A DNA stretch of 63,072 nucleotides, the filler included, from Octopus bimaculoides (Eukaryota): the NCBI RefSeq assembly GCF_001194135.2. It is 8 parts of 8 records of this genome, joined end to end, with 100 filler letters (N's around TTAATTAATTAA, not from the genome) between each part and the next. Parts side by side here need not be neighbours in the genome. Positions count along the whole stretch, not along the records: positions 11,072 to 15,960 come from NC_068981.1; positions 16,061 to 32,206 come from NC_068990.1; 6 more parts are not named here. One strand, written 5' to 3'. This document shows positions 12,517 through 25,722 of the stretch, piece by piece. The number at the start of each line of letters is the position of its first letter. Positions within the stretch are counted from its first letter, which is position 1. Under the pieces are notes generated by a model that saw only the letters and a list, made by a program, of their open reading frames with translations, did not search any database and was not told the DNA's origin. Both the position numbers and the translations under genes were made by a program.

Positions 12517-13345
12517 ACTGATAATTAACTGTCCATGTTCTTTTTACCAATATATCCTCATTCCTCACTCCTCAACCTCTGCTATTATCTCTGATTTATT
12601 TGATAATTTATACTGCTCCCTTGTATGTATTATTCACGTATTATTTATGTATCACCAATGAAATTTAGACTAACTTGTATATTTCTTCCCCCATTTTTAG
12701 ACTCTACATCGATATTGTACTCTTCTTCCCCTCCCCATTGTATCTATTTCTTCCTATTTATAATTACACAGCTGTCCAATCATTGTGTCTTCCTATTCAT
12801 TTAACATTTTTTATTTAATTAACTATTACTCATTTATTTATGTTTTTTATTGAGCATATTTTATCAACATTATACCATATACCCCGCCTACAGTTTATTT
12901 TTAATTAAAACCAATCTTATCTAGCCACTTTATTTATCTTGATTTATTTATTTTTCATTTATCCATTTAATTATTTACTTAGAGAGCTAAAAATATATAA
13001 AAAATATATGCNNNNNNNNNNNNNNNNNNNNNNNNNNNNNNNNNNNNNNNNNNNNNNNNNNNNNNNNNNNNNNNNNNNNNNNNNNNNNNNNNNNNNNNNN
13101 NNNNNNNNNNNNNNNNNNNNNNNNNNNNNNNNNNNNNNNNNNNNNNNNNNNNNNNNNNNNNNNNNNNNNNNNNNNNATATATATATATCAATCTTATTAA
13201 TCTTATTCACTTAATCTATAATGTCTAATTTCATATTAACTTAATTCTTATATAATTTTACTACCTTTACTTACCTCCCTTTGACCGTAATTCTTCCTTA
13301 TAAAGACTAACATTATTATAAACTTAAATTACCTCTACTTGATAA

Positions 13346-14694
13346 TACGAGGGTTAGTCAAAAAGTAATGCCCTTTTACCAATACAGAAACATGTATCAT
13401 ACATCAAAATGAAGCTGGTCCTTTGTGGATCACATCCCTACTTTTCAACATAGTCACCGTTTCTCTCAATAGCAATGTTCCACCTTCGAACGAGAGCATG
13501 TATCCCTGCTCCATAAGATTCTGTTGACTGTTCTTTGAGCCACTTCTTCACTACAGTTTTCATTTCCTCGTCACTGGACTATCATCTCTTCGGCCCCATG
13601 AAATAGGGTTTGAGAGGCAAACATTATTCCAGTGACGAGGAAGTGAAAACTGTAGTGAAGAAGTGGCTCAAAGAACGGTCAACAGAATTTTACGAGGCAG
13701 GTGCAACATGCATNNNNNNNNNNNNNNNNNNNNNNNNNNNNNNNNNNNNNNNNNNNNNNNNNNNNNNNNNNNNNNNNNNNNNNNNNNNNNNNNNNNNNNN
13801 NNNNNNNNNNNNNNNNNNNNNNNNNNNNNNNNNNNNNNNNNNNNNNNNNNNNNNNNNNNNNNNNNNNNNNNNNNNNNNNNNNNNNNNNNNNNNNNNNNNN
13901 NNNNNNNNNNNNNNNNNNNNNNNNNNNNNNNNNNNNNNNNNNNNNNNNNNNNNNNNNNNNNNNNNNNNNNNNNNNNNNNNNNNNNNNNNNNNNNNNNNNN
14001 NNNNNNNNNNNNNNNNNNNNNNNNNNNNNNNNNNNNNNNNNNNNNNNNNNNNNNNNNNNNNNNNNNNNNNNNNNNNNNNNNNNNNNNNNNNNNNNNNNNN
14101 NNNNNNNNNNNNNNNNNNNNNNNNNNNNNNNNNNNNNNNNNNNNNNNNNNNNNNNNNNNNNNNNNNNNNNNNNNNNNNNNNNNNNNNNNNNNNNNNNNNN
14201 NNNNNNNNNNNNNNNNNNNNNNNNNNNNNNNNNNNNNNNNNNNNNNNNNNNNNNNNNNNNNNNNNNNNNNNNNNNNNNNNNNNNNNNNNNNNNNNNNNNN
14301 NNNNNNNNNNNNNNNNNNNNNNNNNNNNNNNNNNNNNNNNNNNNNNNNNNNNNNNNNNNNNNNNNNNNNNNNNNNNNNNNNNNNNNNNNNNNNNNNNNNN
14401 NNNNNNNNNNNNNNNNNNNNNNNNNNNNNNNNNNNNNNNNNNNNNNNNNNNNNNNNNNNNNNNNNNNNNNNNNNNNNNNNNNNNNNNNNNNNNNNNNNNN
14501 NNNNNNNNNNNNNNNNNNNNNNNNNNNNNNNNNNNNNNNNNNNNNNNNNNNNNNNNNNNNNNNNNNNNNNNNNNNNNNNNNNNNNNNNNNNNNNNNNNNN
14601 NNNNNNNNNNNNNNNATATATATACATATATCATATTATTATTTATTATTTAATTGAACGTGACGTATCTATTCGAAGGTGGAACATTACTATT
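13346..14694. mobile_element. mariner-derived fold-back: two 3' ends in inverted orientation, interrupted by a gap
   Basis: Left end TA|cgagggttagtcaaaaagtaatgcc. Minus strand encodes GIHALVRRWNIAIERNGDYVEK*. Plus strand 13577-13713 encodes DYHLFGPMK*GLRGKHYSSDEEVKTVVKKWL, and homology resumes at 14672-14694. Confidence 0.85.
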
Positions 14695-15275
14695 TGTGTT
14701 TATTTCCTGTCAGACCATGTCTTCCCTGACAGATAAGCCTCTTGATCAGGACAGATTTGTGCAATTTTCGCAAAAAATCTTCGTTTACAATCTTTTTCCT
14801 TCTTAAATTATTTCCATGTTTGTTTTACCGTTTCACATGACTTTATTCATTAAAACTTCAGAAGTTCTTACAACTTTCATCGTCGAGATACTTTGCTTTC
14901 GTTTGTTTAATAAAAGTTCCTCCTCGTAATGATTTTGTTCTCATTTTGTGATTGCAAACCAGAACTGGGAATAACCCCCGCTTTCCAAGTATTACCGGTC
15001 AGCTCATTCATTTTACTCACATGCATATTTATTTTTAAAAAATAATATAGGGACATTCCTTATTCACCCACTAATCGTATCAATAGATTGTAATACCTAT
15101 TTTTAGCAATTAACTATTACCATAATGGCTAATAAGATATTTAATGGCTTAATTACACCTAACTGATTCTAAGATTCAAATATTGACATGAGATTGGGGG
15201 ATAGGAATGGGAGCGGAACTAAAACGGGAACTGAACAGGGAAGGGGATAGTTGATGAAACAGTGTAATGGGAACT

Positions 15276-15594
15276 GGAGTACTCCGTCGGTTGCGACGAC
15301 GAGGGTCCCGACTGATACGATCAACGGTACAGCTTGCTCGTGAAATTAACGTGCAAGTGGCTGAGCACTCCACAGACACATTGTACCCTTAACGTAGTTC
15401 TCGGGGAGATTCAGCGTGACACAGAGTGTGCCAAGGCCGGCCCTTTGAAATAGAGGTACTACTTATTTTTGCCAGCTGAGTGAATAGGAGCAACATGAAA
15501 TAAAGTGGCTCGCTCAAGGACACAACGCGTCGCCGGCAATTGAACTCTCGACCATACGATCGTGAGCCGAGTGCCCTAACCACTAAGCCACGCT
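15276..15594 (-). mobile_element. SINE with the family-C 3' tail but a different (CORE-like) head/body
   Basis: 15276-15460 matches the family C tail. 15460-15594 matches the heads at 29285-29405 and 41470-41605. Confidence 0.85.
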
Positions 15595-16074
15595 TATATA
15601 ACATGGGTAGCTAATTCGCAATCTTACAACCTAAAGGCAAAAATATATACGTAACTAAAGTGAGCAAGGGCATTAATCAGTACCAGTATCGCTAGAAATA
15701 AGAGTCAAAAGAACTCAATAATACACACATATATGCAAAATATACACGGGGGTTTACCTTATTAAGCTTATCTACGGGTACAGGTTATCAGACAATCTGC
15801 TTTGGTATGTATCATTCAACGATACCTCAAGAAACAACAGTTGCACATATTTTATAATAATCAATGTTGATGAGATCGGAATTACGATGAAACAATTGTA
15901 AATTGATGAAATAAAAAGACTTGCTCACTTCATTCTCTTTGTTTGTAATTATATATATATNNNNNNNNNNNNNNNNNNNNNNNNNNNNNNNNNNNNNNNN
16001 NNNNTTAATTAATTAANNNNNNNNNNNNNNNNNNNNNNNNNNNNNNNNNNNNNNNNNNNNATATATATATACGC

Positions 16075-16109
<35 letters not shown>

Positions 16110-16619
16110 GTTGTGAGTGTGTCATGTTTTACAGTTTTATGGATTTAAATGAAAGAGTGAGATTATAAAGTTTAAAATGATTTCAATCTAACGAGTAAAT
16201 ATAAATATATACTTTTATTGTACCTGTAATATAACATGCTTAGTGGTAGTACGGACGAATAGGATCACTTGAGTGATACTATATATTATTATATAAATTG
16301 TCGCGTTGTTATTCGTGTCATTTTTGATATTCGTTATCTATATTCATAAACGTACGCAGAAGAAATCGCTGTAACATCGGGGTGAACCAGAAACAGCTTC
16401 ACACAAACACACACGCGTTCGTGTGTACACACAAACATCTCTATATGTGTGGATTTGAGTGTGTTTGTACGTATATATACATATAAGGAGAAGCACTTAC
16501 ATATCTACAGTTGGGAGCTGTCAATGGATTGCAATCATTGTATTTGTAGACCCACTAATCAGACAAACTGATGTCATATTTGTTTTGCTTGGACAATTGT
16601 AAGCCTACACATGCATGGA

Positions 16620-17784
16620 AGACATAATTAGAAGCTTTCCAGGGAGCCACCGGAACTTTCCAGGAAGTCAAGGGAACTTTCCAAGAAGTTCCATCATCGG
16701 AATTTCCCAGGAAGACTTCGAACCTTTCAAGGAAGCCCCATCCTTAGACCTTTCCAGGAAGTTGGTAATCATCGGAGCATCCCAGGAAGTCCCATTTTCC
16801 AAACTTTCCAGCAAGTCCTCGGAACATTCCAGGAAGTAATTCGCATCCCCCTCCTCGGAAACTTGCGGGACGTAATCCGCCTCCTCACTTTCCTTGCAAC
16901 TTTCCAGGAAGCATTTCCTCCTCTCGTCGGAACTTTCCAGGAAGAAATTTCTCCCCTCTTCGAACTCTCCAGGAAGTAATTCCTCCCCTCGTCCCTTTCA
17001 TTGGAACTTTCTAGGAAGTAATTCGCTAACCCTCATCGGAACTTTCAGGAAGTAATTCGCAGCCCTCCTCGGAACTTTCCAGGATATAATTCTTCCCCTC
17101 CTAGGAACAATCCATGAGATAATTCGACCCTTCCTCGGAAATATCCAGGAAGTAGCTTATCTTTGAAACTTTCCAGAAAGCACCAGCCGTTGAACCTTGA
17201 AGTGCGCAGAACTTTCCAGGAAGTACCATCCTCGGAACTTTCCACGAAGTTCATATCCTAGGACCTTCCCAGGAAGTTCCCATCCTCGGATTTCCCAGGA
17301 AGTCCTTCGGAATTTCCAGGTAGTCATCAGAACCTTCCAGGGATTCCATGGAACTTTCCAGGAAGACATTGGAACTTCCCCAAGAAGTCCTTGGAACCTT
17401 TCAGGAAATCCATGGAACTTTCCAGGAAGTAAACCGTCGGAACTTTCCAGGAAGTTCCCACCCTTAGAATTTCGTATGAAAACCACGGAACCTCCAACGA
17501 AGTCCATCGGCAGATCTTTCCAGGAAGTTCCACCCTCGGAATTTCCTTGGAAGTCCTCGAGACTTTCCAGTGAGCCATCGGAACTTTCCAGGATGTAAAT
17601 CCTCGGAACTTTCCAGGAAGTTCCCATCCTCGGAATTTTACTGGAAGCCCTCGGAACTTTCAACGGAGTTCCATTCTCATATCTTTCCAGGAAGTTACTC
17701 ATCGTCGGAACTTCTCAGGAAGTCTCATCTTCGGAACTTTCCAGCAAGTCCTCGGAACATACCATGAAGTAATTTGCATCCCTC

Positions 17785-17785
<1 letters not shown>
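16620..17785. repeat. degenerate minisatellite, core CGGAACTTTCCAGGAAGT, units about 18-31 nt
   Basis: Dozens of tandem variants. The end block 17560-17785 resembles the start block 16625-16850 (ccagcaagtcctcggaacat at 16808 and 17741). Confidence 0.95.
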
Positions 17786-17862
<77 letters not shown>

Positions 17863-19040
17863 GTGCAGAGAGATAGACGGAGACAGAGAGTGACAGAGAG
17901 AAAATTAGCAGAGGGCTAAAGTTTAGAAATTGATCTTTACGCAACTCATAAATAAGGAAAAATTATTATGTATATTTTAATCATATGCATAAGCAGAAAA
18001 CGAGCGATTTGCTGACTTTGTGAAATATTTCCTTTCCATTTAATCATTTCCAAGCTATTAAATAGTTATCAAATCAAATATAAACAACCGACAGAGAGAG
18101 AAGCAAGATACAAATTATAAAAGAGAGAGAGAGAAAGATATTCTGAAACAGGATTACAGAAATAGAAGAGACAAACAGCTAAAAACAGAAACATAAAAAT
18201 AGAGAGGAGCATTTGATTGAAGGATACAAATGAAGTAGAGAAAAGAAGGAAAGACAAACTGAGAGATTGAAAAGAAAATTAGTCTAGACGATAATGATTA
18301 GTTTTCAAATTAATACTGGTTTGAAATTAATAATACTCTTTATTTACAGATATCTTTACAGATATATTGTACATAATCAAATATGTTCACATTTAAAGAA
18401 AATTTAGTTAAATGTTTGTGGTGTAAGAAATAAATACAAGATATTGACGTCTATAAAATGGATAGGCACACTGATTGCGCTTACTCATAGCAAATGCCCT
18501 ATTAGGAAATACTAAAATAATAGTTAAATAAATATTGTACGAGAAATCAGCCTTATAACATTTAAAAAAAAATAATTCAACTGTGCTCTAGCATCAGCCA
18601 AATATAACTTTAAACTTTGGTATTTCATTACAACGTGAAGTGTTCAAGTGGATTTAGTAGTTTTATGAAGGGCTTTTTGTGGCTATAGATGAAGTGAGAC
18701 CGGATCGTTAAATGGCTCCATTTAGTTTAACTGTTTAGGAAACAGAAATAATACTAGTCCAATACAAGAATTATCTGCCAAATACTACAGCAATGATTTT
18801 TTTATGGTTAACTGCTGTACTCAAAACTTTGATGCTCTTAGCATTTATTATTAATTCCTGGTGTTAGTGTCGCAGATTTGTTTTGTTGCGTGTTGCTAGC
18901 AGTATCTAGTGATACAGCCTGAAACCAACCCCCTGCCCTTCGATATTCTCATTCCTGGATAGGGCTGGGTGGGGTGCAGTAATATGCGTATTTGTATGTT
19001 CGATAGCGCTACGGCCATAGAGTGTTACTATCTTTTAACA

Positions 19041-19101
<61 letters not shown>

Positions 19102-20711
19102 GGGGGGGGCGTGTGAGTGCGTGTGTGCGTGCGTCTGTGCGCGTGCGCATCCCCTTGCAAGATTGTGAGTGTTTAAGCGAGTGTAGATACATAGAGTGCA
19201 AAACATGAGATCAATAAATAATTTGTCCTTAATAATGCTATTCATTTTGTTCTAATTGTAACTTGTTGAATAAATATATTCTTGAATCGAGAATGAATAT
19301 TACGATCAACAAATGATGCCATCTAGCTGAATAAATTTTATTTCGTTTGTAAATTCCTTTACAAATACATCATAAATATTACGCTTGTTGATTTATGTTA
19401 TGGAAATGTTTTGCCATTTATTTTGCATGTGACATTTTGGTATTGTAATTTTTTCTAACTTTTTTTGAAATTTTACAATGCAACTACTAAATGAAATTAT
19501 TCCTCCACCTTATCCTTATAATTAAAGGTAAATCGATGCCTTCTTGATTATTCGAGTAGGTCAAATTATACAGCTCCTAAAGGTTTGTTTGATCTATCGC
19601 GGCCAGGTTTAATCATATGAGTTTCTTTCTTAATATTTATTCTCCTAAATGTTGTATTTGTATAATATATTATTATGTTCTTAATGTTTTCTTCCCTATT
19701 TTAGCATTATTATAATACGAGGAAAATAGGTGTGAATTCGTTCAATACGATCAGAACGTAGATTTGTGAAAGTTAATAATTTTCCTTCCACACTGTTCCG
19801 AAGAAAATAATCCCGAACCATGCAATCAATCGGAAAACGGAAGATAGCATTGACTGAGTGCTTAAACATACATCGGAATAACATATGGGAAAAAAGCCAC
19901 TGTCGAGATTTACTCCAAGGTGAATGCATTTCATATTTCGATGTCTATCAATGTAATTAGTCATGCATTTTCTCCACCAGTATAGTTATTCTATAATTCA
20001 TAAAGATTATTTGTAGACTTTCATAGGTAAAAATATGTCGGTAAAGAGACGATTAACACATGTTATTCACCAGTGTTAGTAACGACTGAATGGATCCCAA
20101 AACGTGAAATATTTTCTAATGGCTAACTCAGTCCCTGAATTTCAATTATATAGAAAACTTCCAAAATTCTAAAGCATGCAACACTTGATTGCAACTATTG
20201 ATTTTGATTGAGAGACGTTTAAGTTAGAAAACTGTATTAAATTCTTAGAAACTATGTTTAAAAAATGTGCAGTTATTAAAACGAAAAATATGCAATAAAA
20301 TATCGATTTATGTCATTAATATATCATACGATAAATTAAAAGCTTTCTTAATTGTATATTCACAAAAAATGGGGCATAATTGAGTTTAGGAACCAGAAAA
20401 ACTGAATTACTTGAATAATTAATTTAGTAATAGAGATAATGTTAGAGAAATAATTTTCCTTTTCTTCGTGCATAGCTAAATTGCACATGGAATAACAAAG
20501 GATTCACATGCAAAATAGCTTGGTTCCATATCCGCTAATATATTCTACATTCTTTAACTATGAAAGTAATTTACTTTTTTCCAACGATTTTTTATACCCT
20601 GATAACAATATTCATCGGAGGAGTTGCAGTTACAATCAATCTCTAGGGAGAAAATGATGGGGAAATGACAAACGAATCCTATAATTAACGGAATAAGTGG
20701 CGCGTACTCAC

Positions 20712-20735
20712 CCGTCATAAATGCAAGGACAAACT
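20712..20735 (-). CDS. candidate symmetric 24-nt micro-exon (EFVLAFMT)
   Basis: ttgtttttctttcgactag|AG TTT...ACG G|gtgagt, phase 1 to 1. Confidence 0.25.
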
Positions 20736-21748
20736 CTAGTCGAAAGAAAAACAATACAATTCGAATAATGACGTTAGAGTTTGGCGCTTCTTTAAATATT
20801 ATTATGCATATGACGCTCCCAAAACCATTCTTGCCAGGTCGCCACACTTCGTAATTTCCACATTATACTGGTTTTAAAAGAACATTTATTCAATGAATTT
20901 ACATTTTATTATTTTATAATAGTGCGTTGTATTGGACGAATTGTTAGAACGCTTTGGTAGAACTTGTTACGCTTTTGAGTTCAAATCTTCTCGACAAATT
21001 AAAGTGCTAATCATGTACGAGATCGATGTAATCGAGTAAGAACATCTTTCCTTAAATTTCAGGTCTTGTGTGTATAGTAGAGACTGATATTTCGGTATGG
21101 AAGACAGCATATTTGTAAAGTAGATTGATTTTAAAATTATGGTATTTCAAATGTAACTGTGTCTGTGATAAAGCTACAGTTGTAGATGGCAAATTTTATT
21201 TTCGATTGTGTAATTGTTTCTTTTCACAAATATTTTCAGATAGAAACACAAGTACAACTGACATATTAAGTTTACTGAAGAACTACCATTGTTGTTTGTC
21301 CCTGGTCAGATTTGATGGAACAGATCTTTAATAAAATGCATTCCTTCCATGACATACAGCATTACCCTTTTTCCGAACAGTAGATTTTTACATTGAAGGC
21401 ATTTTGGCGTAATACTTAATATGTCCAGTGAAAATTCATAGCTTCATTTGTATAGTCACTATTATTTAGAAAGATTTTCAAATACAATTTCGAATGTATT
21501 CAGGAACCCCCAAATTTTCGATATTTTAAAATACTAATGTTCAAGAAATAGATTTGCGGCAGATTGAACTTTCACTCTGGTTAAGGCAACCAATGTCTCC
21601 ACATCCACATCCGTTCTAGTTTATGCGAGTTGCATATGGTAATTTTTACCGACATCTTTATTTTCAAATTTTGCAGAGATCCTTCGAACATTTAATATTA
21701 ACAGAATACTTCTAATCCTTGCACGATACTCAATTTCCTTTTTCCTAG

Positions 21749-21794
21749 ATCGGTCAATGTTGTAACGATTTCATTGTAAAGCCTCAGAAATATT
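21749..21794 (+). CDS. candidate 46-nt exon (IGQCCNDFIVKPQKY)
   Basis: caatttcctttttcctag|...|gtgagt. Only one frame is open. Confidence 0.3.
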
Positions 21795-23020
21795 GTGAGT
21801 TAGGTACATGATAAGTATTTAAATAAATGCATAATATTCATAGTTAACCATAACTCTGCTATCTTTATATGTGATGCAAAATTTTCCTTGCTAAACATTA
21901 TTTTGTCAATCAAAGTTAATTATATATGTTGATAAGTGGTTGAAAATCAATGTTTAGGGTTAGATTTCAAGTGAAACATTGACCTGATCCGCAAAGCATA
22001 CTATCATTCGTTCTGAAGTGATTCTAAATATAAAATGGACGCTCATTAATGTTGGCATCTAAAGTAACTGTTTAGATATCCGATTTTCTCAACGATTAAA
22101 ATTAAATGTATTTCGAGGTTTTGACTTTTTAACTATAAGTTGGAAATTGTTTCCAATATTATGAAATTAGTGAAAGTGACTTATCCCAATATTAACCATA
22201 CCAAGGAAGAATAAAACTATAAATACACAAATATTGATAATTATATATATAATACATATACAGGCGTAAGTATATATGTCTGCTTATATGTATCGTCTCT
22301 AAATCTCTTTCAATCTAAGTCAAATTGATAAATAATGTCAGTCACAAAGCTGACATTTATGTTTAAATTTACTTTAAGATTAGAATGCGGCTAAAATCTT
22401 TTGTACATCGTACGATCTATTGTAAGGTAAAGGAACGCAGAAGTAGTTGTCACGCTGTAGTGTATATATGGTACACAAATTTGAGTAAGCATTTTAGTCC
22501 ATGAGTCATTTATGAGAAGAATTAGTCTCAACTCTCATATATTTGACTCGCTTAATGTGAATCTTAATAATTTTACATCGTTTATTCGACAAATTTAATT
22601 GTACACACAAAAGCGGTTGTAAAATGGAAAACACCGATTATGTTATATACTTATCATTAACGTATATTAATTAGGCTATAGTTATATAAAGAAAAACAAC
22701 TTGTTTGCGATTGGAGAAAGCTTTCATCAACAACTAAAAATTGTCTCACTCTGAGGACAGGTAGCCACCCAGAAATCATGATCTGTGAGTATCACATAAG
22801 GCTGGAGATGGGAGAGACGACTTCCATTGCAGAGACTGTACGGATACACACTGTGTGTCGACGGCCAGCGGGAAAAGATGTTTTCCTGGGGCTTAAACAA
22901 TAAGCAACAGTAACACCGTCCTTTATAGGACCGCCACACTCTGTTGGCAAATAAACTTTAATATATTTATATAGCTGCGTGGAAAATGTATATCTGTTCA
23001 TCTTGTTGATTTATATGTGA

Positions 23021-23295
23021 CTAGCAGAAATACCCGGCTTTGCCCGGGTTAAAGAGAATAATGAAATCTAAAAACGCCGTTTAGACTACGCAACCCTCAA
23101 CTGTTAGTAGCTACGATACCATATTTCTACATTAATAACTCTCCAATCCATGCCAGCATGGAACATAGACATTAAGTGGAATGCCAGTCTCTCATCTAGG
23201 AGGGCCTTGAAATCAATGTTACCAACTGGGGACTATGTGTGTCGTAGTGATAATAAAAAGACCCAAAGGAGGTCTGCAACGAAATAATTTTACTC
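23021..23295 (-). mobile_element. Helitron-type element 3' terminus
   Basis: Minus strand ends cccgg-gcaaag-ccggg-tatttctg-CTAG|T, i.e. a GC hairpin followed by CTAG. The element runs into a gap. Confidence 0.7.
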
Positions 23296-25147
23296 NNNNN
23301 NNNNNNNNNNNNNNNNNNNNNNNNNNNNNNNNNNNNNNNNNNNNNNNNNNNNNNNNNNNNNNNNNNNNNNNNNNNNNNNNNNNNNNNNNNNNNNNNNNNN
23401 NNNNNNNNNNNNNNNNNNNNNNNNNNNNNNNNNNNNNNNNNNNNNNNNNNNNNNNNNNNNNNNNNNNNNNNNNNNNNNNNNNNNNNNNNNNNNNNNNNNN
23501 NNNNNNNNNNNNNNNNNNNNNNNNNNNNNNNNNNNNNNNNNNNNNNNNNNNNNNNNNNNNNNNNNNNNNNNNNNNNNNNNNNNNNNNNNNNNNNNNNNNN
23601 NNNNNNNNNNNNNNNNNNNNNNNNNNNNNNNNNNNNNNNNNNNNNNNNNNNNNNNNNNNNNNNNNNNNNNNNNNNNNNNNNNNNNNNNNNNNNNNNNNNN
23701 NNNNNNNNNNNNNNNNNNNNNNNNNNNNNNNNNNNNNNNNNNNNNNNNNNNNNNNNNNNNNNNNNNNNNNNNNNNNNNNNNNNNNNNNNNNNNNNNNNNN
23801 NNNNNNNNNNNNNNNNNNNNNNNNNNNNNNNNNNNNNNNNNNNNNNNNNNNNNNNNNNNNNNNNNNNNNNNNNNNNNNNNNNNNNNNNNNNNNNNNNNNN
23901 NNNNNNNNNNNNNNNNNNNNNNNNNNNNNNNNNNNNNNNNNNNNNNNNNNNNNNNNNNNNNNNNNNNNNNNNNNNNNNNNNNNNNNNNNNNNNNNNNNNN
24001 NNNNNNNNNNNNNNNNNNNNNNNNNNNNNNNNNNNNNNNNNNNNNNNNNNNNNNNNNNNNNNNNNNNNNNNNNNNNNNNNNNNNNNNNNNNNNNNNNNNN
24101 NNNNNNNNNNNNNNNNNNNNNNNNNNNTCTCTCTCTCTCTCTTTCTCTCTTTCTCTCTCTCCCTCTGAAAGTATCTGTCATTACAGTATCGAAATGTGAT
24201 TGTTTCAGTTAGTAGAATAGTTTCATTTTTAAAGTGAAAGTATTTGACATGAGTGTTTTTGTTTCACTTTTGACACGTAATACTTAAATAGTGGAGGAGA
24301 TATTATGTTGCTGTGGGCTCGAACTCTGGAAGAAGTTAAAATTTTTTTACTAAAACACAACTGGAACCCTAAGTAAGGCATCTGTAAAATTTGAATGAAA
24401 TTGGTTGCGTAGTTCTCGAGTTTTAGGGATTCACACAGACAGACAGACAGACAGACAGACACACACACACATTCTCATTTTTATATATATAGATAATCTG
24501 CAAGGATATATTTTGGTCGCCGATTATCTGTAATCCACTCATCTAAAACAGGGATAGAACAGAGATGCAGCTAACTATAAAACAATCAATTCTCCCAAAG
24601 TTCTAGCTTTTCATAAAATAACCATATTAATTATTTGTATGAATGTCATTTCGATCGGAATTCAGTCTTCACAGAATACTTAAGAAGTATTGTGGTGTAT
24701 GGTTTAGGCTGTATTAAAAAGCATATAGAGTTTGAGGATGATTTTCTTAACATTTTGATCTCATTCGCTATGTTAGAGAACAATAGACATTGCCATTTTG
24801 TCAGAAGACGTCAGTACACAAAAATGACTCAAACACAGAAATCACTAAACCACATATACATAAACATAAATATTTAAAGTACATGATCACTTAAATATGT
24901 AATACGGTCAAGTACTACCAAATAAATGTTTATGCGATTGGATTATGGCGTCTACTCCGGTACATGAGAGATATCTTTATATAAAATTTTTGACGTCCAC
25001 TACACAACCTGAAACGCTATTCATTGTCGCGCACTCAGTATCAGCTGTGGTTTCAATTTCGTGAAACTGATTATGCATTACACATATAGACACACATATA
25101 TAACTGTGTATGTATACACACAATCAGACATATATATACGCATATAA

Positions 25148-25200
<53 letters not shown>

Positions 25201-25464
25201 CGCAGGCTTCTAATTATGCACACATATATGTAAAAAGAGCGGGGAGATATCTGAAAGCAGTACCACAGAGTAGCTGAGGTCAATGAATGAAAACAATAGA
25301 ACAGCGCATGTTCTTTAAATAGTTGAAGCCTGTAAATTGATTTAGAAAAAAGCTTCTGTCAAATCACATTTCAAAACGTTAATTGAACTGTGTTTTTTTC
25401 TAAATTAGCGAAGGTAGTTCGTTTTCAAAAACTTGGTCTAATTACTGTTGTATATTTAAGAGAT

Positions 25465-25649
25465 GAGGAATTATGCACATTATTCGCATTTGACGGATAT
25501 TTGTCCTCATCTTTTTTGTTGTTAACACAAGGTTTCGGCTGATACACCCTCCAGCTTCATCAAGCGTCTTGGGGAAATTTCGAACGTGGGCTCTCATTCC
25601 TAAAGTATATTTCGATGTTGCTGTTGTTTTTATATTATTATTATCATCA

Positions 25650-25722
<73 letters not shown>

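Noticed and set aside
16620-17785. CRISPR-like array, or protein genes 17157-17702 and 17197-17598
   Set aside because: The repeats are degenerate and abutting with no unique spacers, in a eukaryotic context. ORFs on both strands simply reflect the stop-poor repeat unit.
20554-20847. 97-aa hydrophobic ORF as a membrane receptor
   Set aside because: Non-ATG start, no family motif, and an internal strong splice donor. Only the 24-nt micro-exon candidate is kept.
22727-22939. WRSYKGRCY resembling a C-type lectin start, or ECGG resembling a CUB start
   Set aside because: The downstream residues do not follow either domain pattern.
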